Source of the DNA: Actinomycetota bacterium
GTDB lineage: Bacteria; Pseudomonadota; Alphaproteobacteria; Rhodospirillales; Magnetospirillaceae
Assembly (NCBI GenBank): GCA_050260215.1
Contig: JBLNBU010000227.1
Coordinates: 593-64,592 of the forward strand
DNA length: 64,000 nucleotides
Reading direction: 5' to 3'
Shown: positions 44,243-52,391 of the stretch, piece by piece
Layout of the letters: each line of letters starts with the position of its first letter
How positions within the stretch are numbered: the stretch's first letter is position 1
Translations under genes and position numbers: made by a program
Notes under the pieces: model-generated
Seen by the model: only the letters and a program-made list of their open reading frames with translations
What the model was told of the DNA's origin: nothing
Database searches by the model: none

Positions 44243-45325
44243 ATGTATGACATTGAGTTCTTTCGTCGCGTCGAACCGCTGAGAAAGAAGATCGTCGAGC
44301 GCCAGTTCACCAAGGCCGACGTGCCCGCGCTCATCGAGGAGCTCGAGGCGCTGGTGAGCGCGCAGCCCTATGTGTTCAACATCGAGACCACCAACTACTG
44401 CAACATGAAGTGCGTCATGTGCCCGCGCACGACGCTGATGACGCGCAAGAACATGTGGATCGACGGCGACGACTTCGCCAAGGTGATCTCGCAGATCAAG
44501 CCCCACGATCCCGAGCGTCTGGCGGAATTCCACAACTACGTGGCCGAGCGTTACAACGTCAGCTACGACCGCCCCGACGAGAATGCCTTCTATTTCCACG
44601 TCTCGTCGCGCTGCCTGACCCTGCACGGCTATGGCGAGCCGATGCTGGACAAGCACATCCTCGAGCGCGTGCGGGTGTGCCGCGAGCATGGGGTGCCGAC
44701 CTATTTCTCCTGCGTGCCCGCCAACGCCACCGTGGCCAGGGTCGAGGAACTGATGCAGGCCGGCCTGGACGTGCTGAAGTTCTCGGTGGATGCGCTCGAC
44801 GACGAGCAGCAGAAGAAGGTGCGCGGCGCCCGCAACAACTTCGACGCCGCCTTCCAGACCATCCTCGACATCCTCGAGCTGAAGAAGGCCAAGGGCTACC
44901 AGACGCTGATCGTGGTCACCATGATCGAGCTGTCCACCGACGCCGAGGCCCAGGCCATGCACCAGCGCTTCCTCGACCTGTGGAAGGGCCGCGACGTGTT
45001 CGCCTACATCAAGAGCCAGGACAACCGCTGGTACTTCGAGGCCGACGAGAACCTTGAGAACCGCTCCCACTACGAGCAGCAGTACTGCGAGTATCCGTGG
45101 ACCTCGTTCACGGTGATGGCCGACGGGTCGGTGGTGCCGTGCACCCAGGACTACGACGTCGAAATGGTGCTGGGCAATGTCCGCGAGCAGACCCTCGAGG
45201 AGATCTGGAACGGCGAGCGCTATCGCACCTTCCGCAGCTGGCACGTCAGCGGGAATTTCCCCAAGGGCCACAAGTGCGCCGAGCGTTGCGACCAGAAGAA
45301 ACTGTGCGGCTACCTGAAGCCGTGA
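44243..45325 (+). CDS. Radical SAM enzyme with C-terminal SPASM/twitch-type Cys-rich domain
   Basis: From MYDIEFFRRV. Cluster motif TTNYCNMKCVMCPR. C-terminal cysteines CEYPW...VVPCTQDY...HKCAERCDQKKLCGY. GAGGAA lies 6 nt upstream of the ATG. Confidence 0.8.
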   Translation: MYDIEFFRRVEPLRKKIVERQFTKADVPALIEELEALVSAQPYVFNIETTNYCNMKCVMCPRTTLMTRKNMWIDGDDFAKVISQIKPHDPERLAEFHNYVAERYNVSYDRPDENAFYFHVSSRCLTLHGYGEPMLDKHILERVRVCREHGVPTYFSCVPANATVARVEELMQAGLDVLKFSVDALDDEQQKKVRGARNNFDAAFQTILDILELKKAKGYQTLIVVTMIELSTDAEAQAMHQRFLDLWKGRDVFAYIKSQDNRWYFEADENLENRSHYEQQYCEYPWTSFTVMADGSVVPCTQDYDVEMVLGNVREQTLEEIWNGERYRTFRSWHVSGNFPKGHKCAERCDQKKLCGYLKP

Positions 45326-45389
45326 AGCCCCGCCCCGCGTTGCCGCGTCCCAGCGAATAGGCTATTTTCTGGACCTCGAAAGGGTGGAC

Positions 45390-46115
45390 ATGGCAACCGT
45401 ACTCGCATTGGTCCCCGCTCGCGGCGGCTCGAAGGGCATTCCCGGCAAGAACCTTCGCATGCTGGGCGGGCATCCCATGCTCGCCTACGCCATCGCCGCG
45501 GCGCGCCAGGCCGGCCTGGTCACCCGCGTCATCTGCTCGACCGACTCGCCCGAGATCGCCGAGGTGGCGCTGCGCTACGGCGCCGAGGTGCCGTTCATGC
45601 GCCCGTCCGAATTCGCCCAGGACCACAGTACCGACATCGAAGTGTTCCGCCATGCCCTGGAATGGCTGGACACCAACGACGGCTGGCGGCCCGACCTGGT
45701 CGCCAACGTGCGCTGCACCTCGCCGTTGCGCCGGGCAGGCGAGCTGGACCGCGCCATCGCCATGCTGCGCGACCGCCCCGAAGCCACCTCGATCCGCTCG
45801 GTCTGCCCGGCCGACCATACGCCCTACAAGATGTGGCGGGTGGGCGAGGACGGGGTGATGCACCAGTTGCTGGACGTCCCCGGGCTGTTCGAGCCGTTCA
45901 ACCAGCCGCGCCAGAAGCTGCCGCCGACCTGGTGGCAGACAGGACAGATCGATATCGCCCGGCGCACGGTGATGACCGAACTGGGGGGCATGTCCGGCCC
46001 GGTGATCCTGAGCTTTCCGGTCGAGCGGCGCCTGGCGGTGGATATCGACGGCGAGCACGACTTCCTCCGCGCCGAGGACCTGCTGGCCGCCATCCCCGAC
46101 TGCGTGCGTCCATGA
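45390..46115 (+). CDS. Acylneuraminate (nonulosonate) cytidylyltransferase family, NeuA/LegF/PseF-like
   Basis: Motifs LVPARGGSKGIPGKNL and VICSTDS. ATG 45390 is preceded by AAGGGTGG; the ORF-track GTG 45384 is 2 codons earlier. Confidence 0.85.
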   Translation: MATVLALVPARGGSKGIPGKNLRMLGGHPMLAYAIAAARQAGLVTRVICSTDSPEIAEVALRYGAEVPFMRPSEFAQDHSTDIEVFRHALEWLDTNDGWRPDLVANVRCTSPLRRAGELDRAIAMLRDRPEATSIRSVCPADHTPYKMWRVGEDGVMHQLLDVPGLFEPFNQPRQKLPPTWWQTGQIDIARRTVMTELGGMSGPVILSFPVERRLAVDIDGEHDFLRAEDLLAAIPDCVRP

Positions 46116-47101
46116 GCCTGCGGCACCTCATTTGCGGCGTGGGCTCCATCGGCGAGCGCCACATCCGCAACCTGCTGGCCCTGGGACACGAGGACATCAT
46201 CCTGCTGCGCCGTGCCGACGGGCCGTTGCGCACCATCGACCAAGGCTTCCCCTCGGTGTCCACCCTGGCCGAGGCGCTGGATGCCCGGCCCGACACCGCC
46301 TTCGTCTGCAATCCCACCCACCTGCACCTGGAAACCGCCACGGCCTGCGCCGAGGCCGGCTGCCACCTGTTCGTGGAAAAGCCCATCGCCCACGGGCTTG
46401 ACGGCCTGGACCGTTTGCGTGCTGCGGTCGCCGCCAGCGGCAAGGCATGCATGGTGGGCTACATGCTGCGCTTCCATCCCTGCCTGCGGCAGGTCAAGCG
46501 GTGGCTGGACCAGGGCCGCATCGGCACGCCCGCCTTCGCCCTGTCCGAGTGGGGCGAGTACCTGCCCGACTGGCATCCGTGGGAGGACTACCGCGCCTCG
46601 TACTCGGCCCGTCGCGACATGGGCGGCGGCCCCGTGCTGACGCTCAGCCACGATATCGACATGCTGCTGTGGCTGCTGGGCGGCGTGTCCGCGGTCAAGG
46701 CCATGACCGGCAGCAATTCGCCGCTCGAACTCGGATGCGAGCACTGGGCGCAGCTTCTGCTGTCCTTCGAAACCGGCGCCACCGCCGCGGTGCACCTGGA
46801 CTATCTCCAGCGCCCGCCCCGGCGCAGCCTGGCGATCACCGGCTCGGACGGCCGCATCGCGTTCGACTATTACCGGGGCGTGGCGACCCTGACGCCCGCG
46901 GGTGCCGCCGAACCGGCGGAAATCGCGGATGCGGGCGCCGGCTTCGACCGCAACGACATGTTCGTCGCCGAGTTGCGGGCATTTCTCGACGCCGTGGCGG
47001 GACGGGCCCCGGTGTCCCCTGATCTGGAAGACGGCGTACGGGCGCTCTCGGTCGCACTGGCCGGGCTGCGCTCCGCCGAAGCCGCCGGCACGGCGCCATG
47101 A
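46112..47101 (+). CDS. Gfo/Idh/MocA family oxidoreductase
   Basis: From MSLRHLICGVGSIGERH. Motif HLFVEKP. Its ATG forms an ATGA overlap with the upstream stop. Confidence 0.8.
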   Translation: MSLRHLICGVGSIGERHIRNLLALGHEDIILLRRADGPLRTIDQGFPSVSTLAEALDARPDTAFVCNPTHLHLETATACAEAGCHLFVEKPIAHGLDGLDRLRAAVAASGKACMVGYMLRFHPCLRQVKRWLDQGRIGTPAFALSEWGEYLPDWHPWEDYRASYSARRDMGGGPVLTLSHDIDMLLWLLGGVSAVKAMTGSNSPLELGCEHWAQLLLSFETGATAAVHLDYLQRPPRRSLAITGSDGRIAFDYYRGVATLTPAGAAEPAEIADAGAGFDRNDMFVAELRAFLDAVAGRAPVSPDLEDGVRALSVALAGLRSAEAAGTAP

Positions 47102-47116
47102 GGACACAGGCTTGGG

Positions 47117-49372
47117 ATGACCATGAACATCGAGCATAACCTCGCCCGCTACGTAGTCTTCGCCGAGGCGCCCATCCTGGACGCGCTGGCCAAGATGACC
47201 CAGCAGAAGCAACGCTTCATCTTCTCGGTGACGGCGTCGGGGCACCTGGAAGGCGTGGTGACCGACGGCGACATCCGCCGCTGGCTGGTCGAGCAGGAGC
47301 ACATCGACCTGACCCTGCCCATCGCGCGGGTCTCCAACAAGAAGTTCGTCAGCGCCTCGGTCGACGAAGACCCCGAGACCGTCGCCCAGATGTTCAGCGA
47401 GGTCATCGAGTTCGTCCCCCTGCTCGACGGCTGGGGCCATCTGGTCGCCGTCGCCCACCGCAAGCCGCGGGCGCTGGTGCTGGGCGGCTTCACCATCGGG
47501 TCCGATTCGCCGGCCTTCCTGATTTCCGAGATCGGCAACAACCACAACGGCGATGTCGAACTGGCCCACCGCCTGGTCGACCTGGCCGCCGACGCCGGGG
47601 CCCAGTGCGTCAAGTTCCAGATGCGCTCGATGTCGTCGCTGTACCGCAACCGGGGCCGCGCCGACAGCAGCGGCGAAGACCTGGGGGCCGAATACACCCT
47701 GGACCTGCTGGCGCGCTTCAACCTGCCTGCCGAGCAGCTGTACCGCGTCTTCGACCATTGCCGCAGCCGGGGCGTGGTGCCGCTGTGCACCCCGTGGGAC
47801 CTGGAAAGCGTCGCCAACCTGGAACGCTACGGCATCGAGGGCTACAAGATCGCCTCGGCCGACCTGACCAACCACGATCTGCTGGAAGCGGTCGCGGCCA
47901 CCCGCAAGCCGCTCCTGCTGTCGACCGGCATGTCGCGCGAAACCGAGATCATCGAAAGCGTCAAGCTGCTGCAGCGCCGCGGCGCGCCGTTCATGCTGCT
48001 GCACTGCAACTCGACCTATCCCACGCCCTTCAAGGATGTCAACCTGGCCTACATGGACCGGCTGCGCGACATCGGCCAGGGTCCGGTGGGCTATTCGGGG
48101 CACGAACGCGGCTTCGCCGTGTGCATCGCCGCCGTCGCCCGCGGCGCCAAGGTGATCGAAAAGCACTTCACCATCGACCGCGACTTCGAGGGCAGCGACC
48201 ACAAGATCAGCCTGTTGCCCGGCGAGTTCGCCGACATGGTCGCCGCCATCCGCGCCACCGAGGAAGCCATGGGCAGCTCGCGCCGGCGCGAGATCACCCA
48301 GGGCGAGCTGATGAACCGCGAAAACCTGGCCAAGAGCCTGGTCGCCGCCTGCGACATCCCCGAGGGCGAGGTCATCGCTGCGCCCATGCTGGCGGTGAAA
48401 AGCCCGGGCCGCGGCCTGCAGCCCAACCGCCGCCACGAGCTGATCGGCCGCCGGCTGCGGCGCCCCGTGGCCGCCGGCGACTTCTTCTATCCCAGCGACC
48501 TCGAAGACCAGCAGATCCAGCCGCGCGCCTACCGGTTCGGCCGCCCGTGGGGCGTGCCGGTGCGCTATCACGACAGCCGCGCCATCCGGGCCCTGGTCTC
48601 GCCCGACTTCCTCGAATACCACCTGTCCTACAAGGACATGGACCTGAAGCTGGAAGACTGGTTCGACGCCCCCGTGGACATGGACTTTACCGTCCACTGC
48701 CCCGAGCTGTTCGCCGGCGACCATGTGGTCAACCTGTGTTCCGACGACCAGGCCTATCGCCAGCGCTCCATCGACGAGCTCAACCGCGTCTGCGACGTGG
48801 CGCGTGCGCTGCGTCCCTGGCACGCCAAGGCGGCGGCGCGCACCTTGATCGTCACCAACATGGGCGGCTTCAGCGAGTACAAGCCCATCGACCCGGCCGA
48901 CCGGGCGCGACTTTACGACATGGTGCTGGAAAGCCTGCGCTCGGTCGACACCAGCGACGTCGAAATCATTCCGCAGACCATGCCGCCGTTCCCCTGGCAT
49001 TTCGGCGGGCAGCGCTTCCACAACCTGTTCGTCGACCCCCAGGAGATCGCCGACATCTGCCACGCCAACGGCATGCGGATCTGCCTGGACGTCTCCCATT
49101 CCCAGCTGGCCTGCAACCACTTCGGCTGGTCCATGTCCGACTTCGTCCGGCTGACCGGGCCGGTCACCGCCCATCTGCACATCGCCGATGCCGCCGGCGT
49201 CGACGGCGAGGGGCTGCAGATCGGCGAGGGCACCATGGACTTCCGCGCCCTGGGCGACGAGCTCAATCGGGATGCGCCCGCCGCCTCGTTCATCCCGGAA
49301 GTGTGGCAGGGCCACAAGAACAACGGCGAAGGGTTCTGGATCGCGCTCGATCGCCTCGAGGGCAAGATCTAG
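47117..49372 (+). CDS. Multi-domain CBS + NeuB-type nonulosonate/sialic-acid synthase + SAF + xylose-isomerase-like TIM-barrel protein
   Basis: 751 aa. The first ~115 aa are CBS-like (GVVTDGDIRRWL). The NeuB core has PAFLISEIGNNHNGD and CVKFQMR. The SAF region is LVAACDIPEGEVIAAPMLAVKSPGRGL. The last ~280 aa look like a sugar-phosphate isomerase/epimerase TIM barrel. Boundaries are by eye. Confidence 0.75.
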   Translation: MTMNIEHNLARYVVFAEAPILDALAKMTQQKQRFIFSVTASGHLEGVVTDGDIRRWLVEQEHIDLTLPIARVSNKKFVSASVDEDPETVAQMFSEVIEFVPLLDGWGHLVAVAHRKPRALVLGGFTIGSDSPAFLISEIGNNHNGDVELAHRLVDLAADAGAQCVKFQMRSMSSLYRNRGRADSSGEDLGAEYTLDLLARFNLPAEQLYRVFDHCRSRGVVPLCTPWDLESVANLERYGIEGYKIASADLTNHDLLEAVAATRKPLLLSTGMSRETEIIESVKLLQRRGAPFMLLHCNSTYPTPFKDVNLAYMDRLRDIGQGPVGYSGHERGFAVCIAAVARGAKVIEKHFTIDRDFEGSDHKISLLPGEFADMVAAIRATEEAMGSSRRREITQGELMNRENLAKSLVAACDIPEGEVIAAPMLAVKSPGRGLQPNRRHELIGRRLRRPVAAGDFFYPSDLEDQQIQPRAYRFGRPWGVPVRYHDSRAIRALVSPDFLEYHLSYKDMDLKLEDWFDAPVDMDFTVHCPELFAGDHVVNLCSDDQAYRQRSIDELNRVCDVARALRPWHAKAAARTLIVTNMGGFSEYKPIDPADRARLYDMVLESLRSVDTSDVEIIPQTMPPFPWHFGGQRFHNLFVDPQEIADICHANGMRICLDVSHSQLACNHFGWSMSDFVRLTGPVTAHLHIADAAGVDGEGLQIGEGTMDFRALGDELNRDAPAASFIPEVWQGHKNNGEGFWIALDRLEGKI

Positions 49373-49953
49373 GGGCGGCCGGCCAGCCAGTCGTCGCCGA
49401 GTGCGCCCATGGCCGCCAGGTGGCGCAGGCCCGCGGCGACGGCGCGGGCGTCGGCGACCGCGTTGTGCGCGGGTCCAACCATCTCGAGCCCGAGGGCCGA
49501 GGGCAAGTCGCCGCTGGCGGTGTGCCGATCGCGCCCGAGATGGGAGCGGAACACGCCCGAGACATTGTGCAGGCGGCCGGGGGCGAAGGCGGGCAGGCCG
49601 GCCAGCGCGCAGTTCTCGGCGATGACCACGGCGTCGGTGCCGTTGGCGATCAGGGGCAGGTCCGGTGCCGCCATTGCGACCAGCCGGTCGAGCGCCTCGG
49701 CAAGGCCCAGGCCCTCGGCATCCACGTGGGCCTGGGTGATGCCGGTGAGTGCGACGATATAGTCGCTGAGCACCGGGTTGACGCGGGGCCGCACCAGCAC
49801 GTCCAGCGCCGCGACTTCGCTGAAGTCGGCCGCCAGCGCCACGGCGCCCACCTGGATGATCTCGCGGTGCTCGCCCGGCCCGCTCCAGCCCCGCTGGACC
49901 GAGCCCGGCCAGGCGGTGAACTCCAGGTCGTAGACGACGTATGCCGGCTTCAT
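49369..49953 (-). CDS. DEDDh 3'-5' exonuclease (DnaQ/KapD-like)
   Basis: From MKPAYVVYDLEFTAW (ExoI DxE) and HNAVADARA (ExoIII H-x4-D). Its stop overlaps the convergent NeuB-fusion stop (CTAG). Confidence 0.75.
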   Translation of the reverse strand: MKPAYVVYDLEFTAWPGSVQRGWSGPGEHREIIQVGAVALAADFSEVAALDVLVRPRVNPVLSDYIVALTGITQAHVDAEGLGLAEALDRLVAMAAPDLPLIANGTDAVVIAENCALAGLPAFAPGRLHNVSGVFRSHLGRDRHTASGDLPSALGLEMVGPAHNAVADARAVAAGLRHLAAMGALGDDWLAGRP

Positions 49954-49990
49954 CCGCACCTCTCCGGCTCTGACAAGGCGGCCGCCGGAC

Positions 49991-51391
49991 CTAGCAGTCG
50001 GTGCGGCCGTAGACGTCTTCGATGCGGACGATGTCGTCCTCACCCACATACTCGCCCGACTGCACCTCGATCATTCTCAGCGGCACCCGCCCGGGGTTCT
50101 CGACCCGGTGCACGGTGCCGGCGGGGATGAAGGTGGATTCGTTCTCGCGCAGCTGGAAGGTCTCGTCGCCGCGGGTGACCAGGGCGGTACCGGTGACCAC
50201 CACCCAGTGTTCCGACCGGTGCCAGTGCTTCTGCAACGACAGCTTGGCGCCGGGATCGACCTGGATGTGCTTGACCCGGAAGCGCGGGCCCTCGTCGATG
50301 GTCTGGAACCAGCCCCAGGGGCGCCAGCCGCGGGTGCCGGCGACCGCTTCCGGCCGGCTTTGGGACTTCAAGACCTCGACCACCTTCTTGACGTCCTGGT
50401 CATGGGCCTTGTCGGCCACCAGCACGGCGTCGTCGGTGGCCACCACCACCAGGTCCTTCAGCCCCACCGCGGCGACCAGGCGGCCCTCGCTGCGCAGGTA
50501 GCAGTCGCTGCTCCCGGTGGCGATGACGTCGCCCAGGCAGACGTTGCCGTCGCCGTCCTGCGGGCTTTCCTGCCACAGTGCCGACCACGAGCCGATGTCG
50601 GACCAGCCCATCTCGACCGGCACCACGGCGGCGCGCGTGGTGTGCTCCATCACCGCATAGTCGATGCTTTCGCCCTTGATGGCGCCGAAGGCCTCGTCGT
50701 CGAGGCGGAAGAAGAACAGGTCCGAGTGCCCGGCGGCCAGGGCCTTGCGGCAGCCCTCGACCATGGCCGGGTGGCGGGCGGCCAGCTCGTCGAGATAGAG
50801 GGCGGCCGGGAACAGGAAGATGCCGCTGTTCCAGAAATAGTCGCCCGAGGCGACGTAGCCTTCAGCGGTGGGCAGGTCGGGCTTCTCGACGAAGCGCTCG
50901 ACCACGTGGCCGCCGCCCAGGGCCTCGCCGCGCTTGATGTAGCCGTAGCCGGTGTTGGGCCCCGACGGCACGATGCCGAAGGTCACCAGCCGGCCGGCCT
51001 CGGCCAGCGGCACCGCCGCCTCGACCGCGCGGGTGAACGCCACCGGGTCGCGCACCATGTGGTCGGACGGCATCACCAGCATCAGCGCGTCTGGCCGGTC
51101 GGCCAGCAGCAGCGCCGAGACCGCCGCCGCCGGGGCGGTGTTGCGGCCCATGGGCTCGATGACCACGGCGCGGGGCTCGACGCCCAGCTCGCGCAGCTGT
51201 TCGGCGACGATGAAGCGGTGTTCGTGGTTGCACACCACCACCGGGGCCGAGGGCACCCGGAGCGCGGTGGCCTGCAGCAGCGTCTGCGGCGAATAAAGCG
51301 GCAGCAGCTGCTTGGGCCTCAGCTCGCGCGACAGCGGCCACAGGCGGGTGCCGGCGCCGCCGGACAGGATGATGGGAACCAGTTCAGCCAT
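49991..51391 (-). CDS. manC: Mannose-1-phosphate guanylyltransferase / mannose-6-phosphate isomerase (bifunctional, type II PMI)
   Basis: 466 aa. Motif IILSGGAGTRLWPLSR, and a C-terminal cupin HRSEHWVVVTGTALV...VHRVENPG. Confidence 0.9.
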   Translation of the reverse strand: MAELVPIILSGGAGTRLWPLSRELRPKQLLPLYSPQTLLQATALRVPSAPVVVCNHEHRFIVAEQLRELGVEPRAVVIEPMGRNTAPAAAVSALLLADRPDALMLVMPSDHMVRDPVAFTRAVEAAVPLAEAGRLVTFGIVPSGPNTGYGYIKRGEALGGGHVVERFVEKPDLPTAEGYVASGDYFWNSGIFLFPAALYLDELAARHPAMVEGCRKALAAGHSDLFFFRLDDEAFGAIKGESIDYAVMEHTTRAAVVPVEMGWSDIGSWSALWQESPQDGDGNVCLGDVIATGSSDCYLRSEGRLVAAVGLKDLVVVATDDAVLVADKAHDQDVKKVVEVLKSQSRPEAVAGTRGWRPWGWFQTIDEGPRFRVKHIQVDPGAKLSLQKHWHRSEHWVVVTGTALVTRGDETFQLRENESTFIPAGTVHRVENPGRVPLRMIEVQSGEYVGEDDIVRIEDVYGRTDC

Positions 51392-52340
51392 GGGAGGTCG
51401 CCACGTTGTCGAGGTACCAGCGATAAGCCTGCTTGAGGCCGTCGCGCAGGTCGGTGCCGGCCCGCCAGCCGAGTGCGGCGATGCGGGCGTTGTCCATGAC
51501 CTTGCGCGGCGCCCCGTCGGGCTTGGACGTGTCGAAGACGAAGCGGCCGGTCCATCCCACCGCCTCGGCCACCCGCTCGGCGAAGGCGCGGATGGTGATC
51601 TCCGAGCCGGTGCCGATGTTGACGTGCGGTTCGCCCGAATAATGCTTCATCAGGAACACCAGCCCGTCGGCCAGGTCCTCGGAGAACAGGAACTCGCGCA
51701 TGGGCGCGCCGGTGCCCCAGATCTCGACGGTGTCGGCGCCCGCGGCCTTGGCGGCGTGGATCTTCATGATCAGCGCCGCCGCCACGTGGCCCTGGGTCAG
51801 GTCGTAGCGGTCGCCCAGCCCGTACAGGTTGGTCGGCATGGCGGCGATGAAGTCGCAACCGTACTGGCGCCGATAGGCCTGGCACAGCTTGATGCCGGCG
51901 ATCTTGGCCACGGCGTACCACTCGTTGGTGGGCTCCAGCGGGCCGGTCAGCAGCGCGTCCTCGCGCATGGGCTGCGGGGCGAGCCGGGGATAGATGCAAG
52001 ACGAGCCCAGGAACAGGAGCTTCTCGACCCCGGCCTTCCAGGCGGCGTGCACCAGGTTGGTCTCGATGGCCAGGTTGTCGTAGAGGAACTCGGCCGGACG
52101 CGTCGAATTGGCCAGGATGCCGCCGACGGTGGCGGCGGCGACGAACACCGCCTGCGGGCGGTTGGCCTCCATCCACGCCTCGACCTCGGCCTGGCGGCGC
52201 AGGTCGACCTCGGCACGGGTGGCGGTCAGGACGGTACAATCCTCGGCGGCCAGGCGGCGGACGACGGCCGAGCCCGCCATGCCGCGATGGCCGGCGACGA
52301 ACACCCGCTTGCCGGTCAGCGAATAGACCGCTTCGGCCAT
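51384..52340 (-). CDS. fcl: GDP-L-fucose synthase (GDP-4-keto-6-deoxymannose 3,5-epimerase/4-reductase)
   Basis: 318 aa. Motifs VFVAGHRGMAGSAVVRRL and LEPTNEWYAVAKIAG. Confidence 0.9.
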   Translation of the reverse strand: MAEAVYSLTGKRVFVAGHRGMAGSAVVRRLAAEDCTVLTATRAEVDLRRQAEVEAWMEANRPQAVFVAAATVGGILANSTRPAEFLYDNLAIETNLVHAAWKAGVEKLLFLGSSCIYPRLAPQPMREDALLTGPLEPTNEWYAVAKIAGIKLCQAYRRQYGCDFIAAMPTNLYGLGDRYDLTQGHVAAALIMKIHAAKAAGADTVEIWGTGAPMREFLFSEDLADGLVFLMKHYSGEPHVNIGTGSEITIRAFAERVAEAVGWTGRFVFDTSKPDGAPRKVMDNARIAALGWRAGTDLRDGLKQAYRWYLDNVATSHG

Positions 52341-52391
52341 GTCACCTCTCCTGTCGTCCCTCCCGGTGGGTAGAGGAAGGGCCCCATGCTG

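Noticed and set aside
44243-45325. The SPASM radical SAM enzyme as a RiPP/peptide maturase marking a hidden natural-product cluster.
   Set aside because: There is no short precursor-like ORF, protease, leader-binding (RRE) protein or dedicated transporter next to it. Both flanks are glycan genes, so a carbohydrate substrate is more parsimonious. This cannot be fully excluded without HMM subfamily assignment.
45824-49315. A 1163-aa minus-strand ORF spanning the NeuA-like, Gfo/Idh/MocA and NeuB-fusion genes.
   Set aside because: Same reasoning as above. It has antisense-like composition (G/A/R/D/V/Q-rich with no motifs), while the plus-strand genes show canonical cytidylyltransferase, EKP and NeuB motifs.
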